DNA of 64,000 nt, from the IMG/VR virus record IMGVR_UViG_3300020469_000008, positions 32,001 through 96,000 of that record; one strand, written 5' to 3'. This stretch comes from a virus (taxonomy: Duplodnaviria > Caudoviricetes). Within the stretch, counting starts at the first letter, position 1. Each line of letters opens with the position of its first letter. The position numbers and the translations under genes were made by a program. This document shows positions 48,570-57,380 of this stretch, one piece after another. The notes under the pieces are model-generated. The model did not search any database, was not told the origin of the DNA, and saw only the letters and a program-made list of their open reading frames with translations.

Positions 48570-49715
48570 ATGGCAAAAGAAGATTTTACATCCCAACTTA
48601 TTAAATCACTTAATAAAGATTACAAAACAAAAGTCGCATATAATTTATCAGAGGATGAAAGTCCTACACAAGTCAAACGTTGGATATCAACAGGATCTAA
48701 GTTGTTGGATTACATTTGTGCAAACCAACCTGATGGTGGTTTTCCAGAAGGAAGAATTGTAGAAATATTTGGCCCACCATCTATTGGTAAATCACATATC
48801 GCAACACAAATTGCAAGAAGTACCCAAAGTATGGGAGGTATTGCAGTTTATATTGATACGGAAAATGCAACTAGCATTGAAAATCTTGGAAACTTAGGTG
48901 TTGATGTGTCACAGCGATTTGTTTATGTTGATACACACTGTACTGAGCATGTACTGGACTTAGCAGAAAAAACAATTTTAAAAGCGAAAGCTCTTGATAA
49001 AGATGTACCTGTTGTAATTATATGGGATAGCGTTGCCGCTTCTTCCCCTAAAGCTGAACTGTTAGGTGACTATGACAAAGAAAGTATCGGATTACAAGCA
49101 CGTGCAATCTCCAAAGGTATGCGTAAAATAACTGGTGTTATAGGCCAAACTAACAGTTTGCTAGTTTGCTTAAACCAGATCCGTACAAAAGTAGGCGTCA
49201 TGTATGGTGATCCTGATACGACACCTGGAGGTAAAGCGATACCATTTCATTCCTCTATCAGAATTAAACTGGGAGCCGGCCAACAAATTAAAGATGGTGA
49301 CGATGTTATTGGTATTCATGTTTGGGCAAAAACTGTTAAAAATAAAGTGGCACCACCATTTAGAAAGGTAGACTTCCAAATTCATTTTGGAAAAGGTATT
49401 GTTGAACATGAAGAAATGTTTGACTTACTAAGAAAACACGGGATTGTGACTCATGAAGATAGGAGCTACCAAGTCTCAGGGACAGGCGGTTGGAAAACTA
49501 TTGAAATGTTCGATGAAAATGGTACACTATTAGATTCTAAAAAGTTTAGAAAGACAGAGTTTGATGAAATTATGACAGATGAATTTTGGGGACCTATTGT
49601 TGATGGAATACTAAAAGATGCAATGATAAAAAAGATGGGTACATCAGATGGCGTCGACATCGATGCAGATTCATATGAGGAGATACGATCACTAGCAGAT
49701 GAACTGGATATGTAA
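48570..49715 (+). CDS. recA: RecA/UvsX-like recombinase
   Basis: ISTGSKLLD, Walker A GPPSIGKS, YIDTE, IIWDSVAA, NQIR, TPGGKAIPFHSSIRIKL. Confidence 0.93.
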   Translation: MAKEDFTSQLIKSLNKDYKTKVAYNLSEDESPTQVKRWISTGSKLLDYICANQPDGGFPEGRIVEIFGPPSIGKSHIATQIARSTQSMGGIAVYIDTENATSIENLGNLGVDVSQRFVYVDTHCTEHVLDLAEKTILKAKALDKDVPVVIIWDSVAASSPKAELLGDYDKESIGLQARAISKGMRKITGVIGQTNSLLVCLNQIRTKVGVMYGDPDTTPGGKAIPFHSSIRIKLGAGQQIKDGDDVIGIHVWAKTVKNKVAPPFRKVDFQIHFGKGIVEHEEMFDLLRKHGIVTHEDRSYQVSGTGGWKTIEMFDENGTLLDSKKFRKTEFDEIMTDEFWGPIVDGILKDAMIKKMGTSDGVDIDADSYEEIRSLADELDM

Positions 49716-50692
49716 TGGTAAAAAATAGAGTACTGATATTTGATGCATTGAATGTTTTTATGCGTCATTATATTGCACATCCAGCAATGTCAGATAATGG
49801 TGAACAGATAGGTGGTATTATTGGTTTTTACTATAATGTAGTCAATCTTATTGAAAAGTGCAAACCAGAAAGTGTTATTGTAATCTGGGAAGGTGGCGGT
49901 TCGAAAAGAAAAAGAGATTTATACCCGGATTATAAGAATGGCGGACGTCCAGCAAAAATGAATCGTTATTATGAAAAAGAAGAAATACCTGATACTTTGG
50001 AAAATAGGAATTTTCAAATAAGAACATTAATAGGGATATTATCAAATCTACCAATTTGTCAAGTTTATATAGAAGATGCTGAAGCGGATGATGCGATAGG
50101 TTACATTTGTAAATACAAACTAAAGCGAAAAAACAAAGTCATAGTTTCAGGTGATCATGATTTTTATCAATTAATTGACGAGGATTGCATCATATATTCT
50201 CCAAACTCAAAGTCATTTATTAATACCGATAAAGTTATAGAGAAGTACGGTGTTCATCCTCATAACTTCTGCTTAGCAAAATCAGTGGTAGGCGATAAAT
50301 CAGACAACATTCCAGGTGTTTCTGGCGTAGGTTATAAAAAATTAGCAAAAGATTTTTCAGAATTATTTCTTAATAAAGACTTTGACAATAACATGATAGA
50401 TTTCTTTACAAGTAACGACGTTAAACACAGTGAACACCCAAAGAAGAAGATATATAAATCTATTAAAGATAGTGAGAAATTAATTGAGCGTAACATTAAA
50501 TTGGTCAGGTTGGATGTAGATAACTTAGTACATATGCAAACAAAAACAATTGATGAAAGTATTGAAAATTTTAAGCCGACGTGGAATAATCTAAAAGCAA
50601 TTAAACATTTAAACGAAAACAATATAAAGAATATAGATTTTTTACGGCACGGATATTTGCTACGAACTCTAACTCAAGGAAAATTATGGTGA
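49715..50692 (+). CDS. 5'-3' exonuclease/flap endonuclease (T4 RNase H-like)
   Basis: LIFDALN, YKNGGR, EADDAIG, SGDHDFYQL, GDKSDNIPGVSGVG. Confidence 0.9.
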   Translation: MVKNRVLIFDALNVFMRHYIAHPAMSDNGEQIGGIIGFYYNVVNLIEKCKPESVIVIWEGGGSKRKRDLYPDYKNGGRPAKMNRYYEKEEIPDTLENRNFQIRTLIGILSNLPICQVYIEDAEADDAIGYICKYKLKRKNKVIVSGDHDFYQLIDEDCIIYSPNSKSFINTDKVIEKYGVHPHNFCLAKSVVGDKSDNIPGVSGVGYKKLAKDFSELFLNKDFDNNMIDFFTSNDVKHSEHPKKKIYKSIKDSEKLIERNIKLVRLDVDNLVHMQTKTIDESIENFKPTWNNLKAIKHLNENNIKNIDFLRHGYLLRTLTQGKLW

Positions 50693-52065
50693 TGGAAAAC
50701 CCAAACTACTTCTCAAAATATGGCAAAGATTTTCAAGAAAAAATATTTCAAGCACTTCTAAATGACCACGAATGGGCATCACAAATGATGGAAGTGATGA
50801 AGTATGACTATTTTGAATTAAAATATTTGCAATTTTTGTGTGACAGATTTTTTAGTTTCTACTCTAAATACAGAAACTTCCCAACAATGCAACTACTTGT
50901 TTCAATTATACGTGATGAGTTAACAGCAGGTGATGACATTATTTTAAGAGAACAAGTTATAGAATACTTGACTCGTATGAAATCATCACCAAACTTAGGG
51001 GACTTAAAATTTGTAAAAGATAAAACACTTGACTTTTGTAAAAAACAAACGTTACAGCAAGCACTTGAAGAAAGTGTAAAAGCAATTAAGCAAGAAAATT
51101 ACGAAGACGTTTTAAACATTATGAAGGACGCTGTCTTCAAAGGAAACACATCTACTTTAGGTCATAATTTCTTTGAAGATCATGAAGCAAGATTTCAGCA
51201 AATTGATCGAGCAACATGTCCAACTGGTATCAAACATTTGGATCAAAAAGATGTTTTAAAAGGTGGTTTAGGAAGAGGAGAAATAGGTGTTGTTGTTGCG
51301 AATACAGGTGTGGGAAAATCACATTATCTCGTTGCTATGGGTGCTGAGGCATTACGTAGGGGAAAAAATGTTGTACATTACACTTTTGAGTTAACTGAGA
51401 CAGCAGTTGGTATAAGATACGATAGTAACTTATGTAATGTCCCATCATCAAATGTAGTAGATAATAAGGAGACAATTCTTAAAACTTATGAGGAAAATGA
51501 TTTCGGTAACTTGATAATTAAGCAATATCCCACCGGTGGCGCTAGCATCATAACTATTCGAAATCATCTAGATAAACTCATGATGAAAGATTTTAAACCT
51601 AGTTTGCTCGTCATCGATTATGCAGATATTATGCGATCTACACGAACTTATGATTCACTAAGACACGAACTTAAATTAGTATACGAAGAACTCAGGAACC
51701 TTGCAATGGAAATGAACATTCCTATCTGGACAGCATCTCAAGCTAATCGCGATTCTGCAAAATCAGAAATTGTAGGATTAGAAAATATGTCAGAAGCATA
51801 CGGGAAAGCAATGGTGGCAGATGTTGTCGTTTCTCTTTCAAGAAAGCCTATGGAAAAATCAACTGGTGCCGGTCGTCTTTTTGTGGCCAAAAATCGTGCA
51901 GGTCGTGATGGATTAATGTTCCCAATTAGAATTGATTGCTCAATGTCAAAAATTGAAGTATTGGATGATGTTCGTGAAATGTCAATTGTAGACGCAATCG
52001 AGCGAGACAATGCCGGAACAAAAAACATGTTAAAGTCAAAATGGAAAGAAATCACAGGAAAATAG
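50686..52065 (+). CDS. DnaB-like replicative helicase (gp41-like)
   Basis: Walker A ANTGVGKS, TFEL, VIDYAD, WTASQANR, AKNRAG. Confidence 0.9.
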   Translation: MVMENPNYFSKYGKDFQEKIFQALLNDHEWASQMMEVMKYDYFELKYLQFLCDRFFSFYSKYRNFPTMQLLVSIIRDELTAGDDIILREQVIEYLTRMKSSPNLGDLKFVKDKTLDFCKKQTLQQALEESVKAIKQENYEDVLNIMKDAVFKGNTSTLGHNFFEDHEARFQQIDRATCPTGIKHLDQKDVLKGGLGRGEIGVVVANTGVGKSHYLVAMGAEALRRGKNVVHYTFELTETAVGIRYDSNLCNVPSSNVVDNKETILKTYEENDFGNLIIKQYPTGGASIITIRNHLDKLMMKDFKPSLLVIDYADIMRSTRTYDSLRHELKLVYEELRNLAMEMNIPIWTASQANRDSAKSEIVGLENMSEAYGKAMVADVVVSLSRKPMEKSTGAGRLFVAKNRAGRDGLMFPIRIDCSMSKIEVLDDVREMSIVDAIERDNAGTKNMLKSKWKEITGK

Positions 52066-52073
52066 GAGAATTA

Positions 52074-54551
52074 ATGTACACTTACGACGAGGTTTTTAAA
52101 GCCAGCATAGAGTATTTTGGTGGTGATGAATTAGCTGCTAGTGTTTTTGCAGGAAAGTATGCACTGCAAGATTCAGAAGGCAATTATATTGAATTGACAC
52201 CTGACGATATGCACGCAAGATTAGCATCTGAGTTTTCAGGTATTGAATCACAATATATAAACTCAATGCACTATGAAGAAATATATGAGTTATTTAAAGA
52301 ATTTAAATATATAATACCCCAGGGTTCACCTATGAGTGGTATTGGTAATGAAGCAAAAATACAGTCTTTGTCAAACTGTTTTGTTATTGAATCGCCAGCT
52401 GACTCTTATGCAGGTATTCTTAAGACTGACCAAGAGCAAGTTCAGATCATGAAGCGTCGTGGTGGTGTAGGATTTGATATATCTACAATCAGACCAAAAG
52501 GCATGATTACTTCTAATGCTGCTAAAACAACAGACGGCATTGAAGTCTTTCTTGACAGGTTTAGTAATAGCTGTCGAGAAGTTGCGCAAGGTGGTAGACG
52601 AGGTGCTTTAATGTTATCTGTGTCTGTCCATCACCCACAAGTAATGGACTTCATCAGAATTAAAAGAGACTTGACACGCGTCACAGGTGCTAATATCTCT
52701 GTAAGAGTAACTGATGAGTTTATGGATGCAGTAAAAAGAGATATTACATATCACCAAAGATGGCCTGTTAATTCTGATGACCCGGAAGTTCAAGACTATG
52801 TTAATGCAAGAGAAGTTTGGAATGCTTTAATTGAAGGTGCACATTCGTCAGCAGAGCCTGGTGTGCTTTTTTGGGACACGGCAACCCGCATGACTCCGTC
52901 TGATGCTTATACTGAAGAAGGTTTTGGTTCCGTGTCAACTAATCCTTGTGGTGAGATTATCTTATCTCCTTATGATTCTTGTCGATTAATGCTTGTTAAC
53001 CTCACATCTTTCGTCAAAGACGCTTGGACATCTAACGCAAAATTTGACTTTGGTCACTTTAGAGTTATCTCTAGAAAAGCACAACGATTAATGGATGACA
53101 TGATCGATTTAGAAGTAGAACAAATTGATAAGATATTAAACAAGATTGATAACGACCCAGAGTCAGAATCAGTTAAATATTATGAGAGAAATTTATGGCA
53201 AACAATTAGAGACGTTGCACTCAAAGGTCGACGTACAGGTTTGGGAATCACGGGTTTAGGTGACGCTATTGCAATGTTAGGACAGACTTATGGATCTGAT
53301 GAGAGTATTAAAACAACTGAACAAATATACAAATGGTTATCTTTAGCATCTTATGAAGAGTCAATCCAATTAGCAAAAGAACGAGGAAGTTTTCCAATTT
53401 GGGATATAGAAAAAGAGAAAGACCATCCTTTTATAGAAAGAGTAGTGTCAGAGCTAGTTACACCTGTCCAAGAAGATTATAGAAAGTATGGCCGCCGTAA
53501 CATAGCAAATACAACTACAGCGCCTGCAGGTTCTGTTTCTTGTCTCACACAAACCACATCTGGTATTGAACCTGCATTTATGCTTCATTACACACGACGC
53601 AAAAAAGCACAAAATGGTGAAGAAGTAATGTTTGTTGATGAGTTGGGAGATGAATGGACAGAATTTACTGTTTATCATCACGCTTTTAAGCAATGGTTAG
53701 ATACTCAAGAAGGTCGCCCATGGGTTGATCCGGAACATGCTGTGGCCGAGAGCCCTTATGCGGGATCAACTGCCAATGAAATCGACTGGCGCGCAAAGGT
53801 AAAACTTCAGTCAGTTGCACAAAAGTGGATCTGTCATGCTATTTCTAATACTACAAATCTGCCTGCTGAGATTGATGTGGAAACTGTGAAAGATATTTAT
53901 ATGATGGGTTGGGAATTAGGCTGTAAAGGGGTAACAGTTTATCGCGATGGATCACGAAGTGGAGTACTGGTTGCGACAGATGAGAAAAAAGAAGATAAAG
54001 TAGCAATTGTTGAAAGAGATGCACCAAAAAGACCTGAAGAGTTAGAATGTGACATTTATCACACATCAATAAAGGGGCAAAAATGGGCTGTTTTAATAGG
54101 GTTACTTGACGGTAAGCCGTACGAGGTCATAGGAGGTTCTGCAGATCAAATAGAGATACCTTCTAAATTCCGTAATGGTAAATTATATAAGCGAACATTT
54201 AAAACAAGAAACAGTAAATATGATCTTACAATAGGTGAAGGTGATAATCAACTAGTTGTTAAAGATGTAGTATCTATCTTTGATAATCCTAATCACGCAG
54301 GTTATACAAGAGTAATATCAACATCACTTCGTCATGGTGTACCAGTTCAATATCTTGTTGAGCAGATGCAGAAAGATAAAGAAATGGATATGTTTAGTTT
54401 TAGTAAGGTTATTTCTAGATGTCTTAAAAACTACATTATTAATGGCACTGAAGTAGATAGAACATGTCCTGAGTGCGGTGCTGAAGGAAGTTTAGTTTAT
54501 CAAGAGGGGTGCGTTACATGCAAATCTTGCGGCGCTGGAAAATGTGGTTAA
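52074..54551 (+). CDS. nrdJ: class II (adenosylcobalamin-dependent) ribonucleotide reductase
   Basis: SNCFV, RRGGVG, ANISV, TNPCGEI, TAPAGS, GCKGVTVYRDGSR, C-terminal CPECG...EGCVTCKSCG; no small-subunit gene adjacent; AGGAG RBS before ATG 52074. Confidence 0.85.
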   Translation: MYTYDEVFKASIEYFGGDELAASVFAGKYALQDSEGNYIELTPDDMHARLASEFSGIESQYINSMHYEEIYELFKEFKYIIPQGSPMSGIGNEAKIQSLSNCFVIESPADSYAGILKTDQEQVQIMKRRGGVGFDISTIRPKGMITSNAAKTTDGIEVFLDRFSNSCREVAQGGRRGALMLSVSVHHPQVMDFIRIKRDLTRVTGANISVRVTDEFMDAVKRDITYHQRWPVNSDDPEVQDYVNAREVWNALIEGAHSSAEPGVLFWDTATRMTPSDAYTEEGFGSVSTNPCGEIILSPYDSCRLMLVNLTSFVKDAWTSNAKFDFGHFRVISRKAQRLMDDMIDLEVEQIDKILNKIDNDPESESVKYYERNLWQTIRDVALKGRRTGLGITGLGDAIAMLGQTYGSDESIKTTEQIYKWLSLASYEESIQLAKERGSFPIWDIEKEKDHPFIERVVSELVTPVQEDYRKYGRRNIANTTTAPAGSVSCLTQTTSGIEPAFMLHYTRRKKAQNGEEVMFVDELGDEWTEFTVYHHAFKQWLDTQEGRPWVDPEHAVAESPYAGSTANEIDWRAKVKLQSVAQKWICHAISNTTNLPAEIDVETVKDIYMMGWELGCKGVTVYRDGSRSGVLVATDEKKEDKVAIVERDAPKRPEELECDIYHTSIKGQKWAVLIGLLDGKPYEVIGGSADQIEIPSKFRNGKLYKRTFKTRNSKYDLTIGEGDNQLVVKDVVSIFDNPNHAGYTRVISTSLRHGVPVQYLVEQMQKDKEMDMFSFSKVISRCLKNYIINGTEVDRTCPECGAEGSLVYQEGCVTCKSCGAGKCG

Positions 54552-54598
54552 CTAAAATATGCCCATGTTGTGAATGTGATCCTTGTGATTGTCATTAA
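54542..54598 (+). CDS. 18-aa Cys-rich peptide MWLTKICPCCECDPCDCH
   Basis: ATG overlaps the last RNR codons; 6 Cys in 11 residues; ends just before the terminator. Weak RBS. Confidence 0.4.
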   Translation: MWLTKICPCCECDPCDCH

Positions 54599-54630
54599 AA
54601 AAAAGGGGGGAGCAATCCCCTTTTTTCTTT
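54599..54630 (+). terminator. intrinsic terminator after RNR
   Basis: GGGGA-GCAA-TCCCC stem with GNRA loop, A-run before and T-run after. Confidence 0.8.
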
Positions 54631-54658
54631 AATAGTTATATGAGATAGGAGACTAGTC

Positions 54659-54733
54659 ATGATGATTAAACGAAAAAATCTTTTGTTGATAATTGAGAAG
54701 TTAAAAGTTTCATATCTGCGACAGAACACGTAG
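54659..54733 (+). CDS. 24-aa mini-ORF resembling the shared leader (MMIKRKNLLLIIEKLKVSYLRQNT)
   Basis: ATAGTTA at 54632 and AGGAG RBS precede it. Confidence 0.35.
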   Translation: MMIKRKNLLLIIEKLKVSYLRQNT

Positions 54734-54839
54734 AACAAATGATGGCGTAAGGCCTAGCCTAAATTAAACGTGTGAGATAATTTATAGTTATATAGTTAGT
54801 CTTTTTTGAGTATAATCTAAATTAAACAGGAAGGTAAAT

Positions 54840-55442
54840 ATGCTTTGGAAATATAATGTTGCCCCAGAGGTAAAAGAGCTTGAGTTGCATCACAACCCAG
54901 TAATTATCACAGTAAATAAGTTTGATGAAGATTCAGCAAAAGAATTTAGAACAAAAGTTGCCATGGCACACAACACAGGTCAAAAAATTATTCCTGTTGT
55001 GATTGATTCATATGGCGGGCAAGTTTATTCTTTAATGTCAATGATATCTACAATTAAAAATTCTGAATTACCAATTGCAACTATTGTAGAAGGAAAAGCA
55101 ATGAGTTGTGGCGCAATTTTACTTTCTTTTGGCACTGAAGGATACAGATTTGTAGACAAAGATTCAACAATAATGATTCACGATGTCTCATCTGGCCAGT
55201 TAGGTAAAGTTGAAGAAGTTGTTGCAAGCGCAAAAGAAACTGAAAGATTAAATGAAATCGTCTACAAAATGATGGCTCAAAATTGTGGTAAAAAGGACGA
55301 TTATTTTTTAAGACTTGTTGATAAGAAAAAACATGCAGACTGGTTTCTTGATGCGAAAGAATGTGTTAAACACAATTTGGCAAATCACATTAGAGTCCCT
55401 AAAATTAGTGTTAATGTGGATGTTACTATCGAATTCGAATAA
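54840..55442 (+). CDS. clpP: ClpP-like serine protease
   Basis: IDSYGGQV, catalytic Ser in AMSCGA, His in MIHD, Asp in DWFLDAKE. Confidence 0.85.
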   Translation: MLWKYNVAPEVKELELHHNPVIITVNKFDEDSAKEFRTKVAMAHNTGQKIIPVVIDSYGGQVYSLMSMISTIKNSELPIATIVEGKAMSCGAILLSFGTEGYRFVDKDSTIMIHDVSSGQLGKVEEVVASAKETERLNEIVYKMMAQNCGKKDDYFLRLVDKKKHADWFLDAKECVKHNLANHIRVPKISVNVDVTIEFE

Positions 55443-55472
55443 TTAAGAATATAAAAATAGGGAGGCTTGAAA

Positions 55473-55895
55473 ATGAAAAAAATTAATAGAGATGAATTGC
55501 GTAAATTGATTAATGAATCAATGAGTATCTTGTCGCGACAGGACGCAGAAGTTGATGCATTTATCGATAAAATTGAAAGAATATCAAATGGTAATGCAGA
55601 ACACCCAATGGTAATAACTGATACAATTGTCAGCATGAATCCTGCAACGAGTATGGGAAGTTACTTGTTAGATTATATTCGCGCGCTACCTAGTATGGCA
55701 GATCAATACCCGATTTATCGACAAAGAGCACAGCGTATCAAAGATGTTTTGCTAGCTTTTTTGTTCGCTCTAAATGATCGACACGGCCCACTTGCAGATG
55801 AAAAGACAGCCGCGAATACACCGTATGCACTTGACTTTGTTAAAAAAGCTCTCAGTGTTTTAAAATCAATTGATTACAATCCGAGATACAATTGA
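55473..55895 (+). CDS. leader-bearing hypothetical protein outside the main array
   Basis: MKKINRDELRKLINES; GGAGG RBS; ATAATTA at 55439. Confidence 0.7.
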   Translation: MKKINRDELRKLINESMSILSRQDAEVDAFIDKIERISNGNAEHPMVITDTIVSMNPATSMGSYLLDYIRALPSMADQYPIYRQRAQRIKDVLLAFLFALNDRHGPLADEKTAANTPYALDFVKKALSVLKSIDYNPRYN

Positions 55896-55923
55896 TTATA
55901 CGCAATAATACTTGGAGAATTAA

Positions 55924-56382
55924 ATGAAGGACGCACTATTAAGTTATATTGGTTGTACAAAAGGTTTGCATACGTGGTTCCACGCAGCACACCAAGTTAC
56001 AAAAGGTCCAGGGTTTGCCGGCGATCACGTAAACTTGTATGGTGAAATTTATAATGGAATATCGGAAGATTTTGATAAGTTAGTTGAAAAATCAATTATG
56101 ATCGCAGACACAGAAAATGTGGCATGCCCGATGATGATTACAGAAATATCAGCAAAAGTACTTTCTCAATATGAGTCCCCTGTTAACAGGGGCGGAGACG
56201 CTATAGCTGCAATTGGTTTAGAATACATGCGCAATCACATCGCAAATTTAACTGAATTATATCGAATACTTGAGTCTGGTGGCGCATTGTCGTTAGGGGT
56301 GGATGATTATCTCGCGGCCGCAGCCAATCAATACGAAGGATACGCGTATCTATTAACACAGCGTGTCAAAAGAGGAATATAG
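55924..56382 (+). CDS. Dps/ferritin-like protein
   Basis: HxxH..GPGFAGDHVNLYGEIY...DKLVE matches the Dps-type H/D/E ferroxidase pattern; 152 aa. Confidence 0.65.
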   Translation: MKDALLSYIGCTKGLHTWFHAAHQVTKGPGFAGDHVNLYGEIYNGISEDFDKLVEKSIMIADTENVACPMMITEISAKVLSQYESPVNRGGDAIAAIGLEYMRNHIANLTELYRILESGGALSLGVDDYLAAAANQYEGYAYLLTQRVKRGI

Positions 56383-57275
56383 TGGATAAAATATTTTATA
56401 ACGAGAGTTCAGCTGCAAAGTTAGGCTGGACTCCGGAGTGGTTTGGTTGTAGAGAGTTTGATGAAGATTTAGTTGACGCAATTAAAGTGTGGCAGAAAGA
56501 TAATGGTCTGAAAGCAGACGGTTTGTGTGGGCCAGGAACACATAGGAGGATATTTACTGAACGACAAAGTGAAATAGATGACTATGAACCTGATTTAGTT
56601 AAAGACAAAGAGGAATCGTTCATAGTTCATCATGGAAATTTTATTCCAATTAATTGGCCTAAAGTTGTACTTTGGTCTGAAGACAATGGATTGAAATTAA
56701 CAAAAGGTTACACGCCATACTTTGAACCTCGTGAAATTAAAACATTTGTTAATCATTGGGATGTTTGTTTAAATAGTAAAACTTGCGCAAGAGTTTTAGA
56801 AAAGAGAGGAATATCCGTTCATTTTTGCATAGATAACGGTGGAACAATATATCAGCTTCTCGATACAAATCACGCTGCTTGGCATGCTGGAAGCAAAAAA
56901 CACAACCACAGTTCAATAGGCGTTGAAATATCAAATGCTTATAGTTTAAAATACCAAAGTTGGTATAAAAAGAACGGTTTCGGTGAGCGTCCAGTTATTA
57001 GTGGGGAAACTGTTCACGGTAGTTCTATGAAAGATTTTACTGGTTTTTATGATGTGCAGCTTGAAGCACTCAAAGCTTTGTGGCATGCCGTTCACGAAGG
57101 AATTGGCGTGCCGTTAAAATGTCCTACTGACAAGGAAGGGAAAACTTTAAAAGCAGTCTCTACATCAGTAGCTTCAAACAGATTTAAAGGTTTTGTAAGT
57201 CATTATCATATAACACGCAGAAAAATTGATTGTGCAGGTTTGGATATACAATCAATGTTAGACAGTATGAAGTAA
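56382..57275 (+). CDS. endolysin: peptidoglycan-binding domain + N-acetylmuramoyl-L-alanine amidase (Amidase_2)
   Basis: WQKDNGLKADGLCGPGT; VNHWD, SVHFCID, AWHAG, SIGVEI, SHYHI..KIDC. Confidence 0.85.
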   Translation: MDKIFYNESSAAKLGWTPEWFGCREFDEDLVDAIKVWQKDNGLKADGLCGPGTHRRIFTERQSEIDDYEPDLVKDKEESFIVHHGNFIPINWPKVVLWSEDNGLKLTKGYTPYFEPREIKTFVNHWDVCLNSKTCARVLEKRGISVHFCIDNGGTIYQLLDTNHAAWHAGSKKHNHSSIGVEISNAYSLKYQSWYKKNGFGERPVISGETVHGSSMKDFTGFYDVQLEALKALWHAVHEGIGVPLKCPTDKEGKTLKAVSTSVASNRFKGFVSHYHITRRKIDCAGLDIQSMLDSMK

Positions 57276-57380
57276 ATTAAAAAAGAATTTACTTTTTTCG
57301 TGGAATAAATATATTTATATGTTTAAGAGATTATTCTCTTGTGTATTTAGTTTAGTTTTGTTTTAGTTTGAGTATAGTTA

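Noticed and set aside
5421-54551. Inteins, introns or homing endonucleases in terminase, helicase, RecA or RNR
   Set aside because: Lengths are normal, catalytic motifs are colinear, and no LAGLIDADG/HNH/GIY-YIG or C-terminal HN-[CST] junction was noticed.
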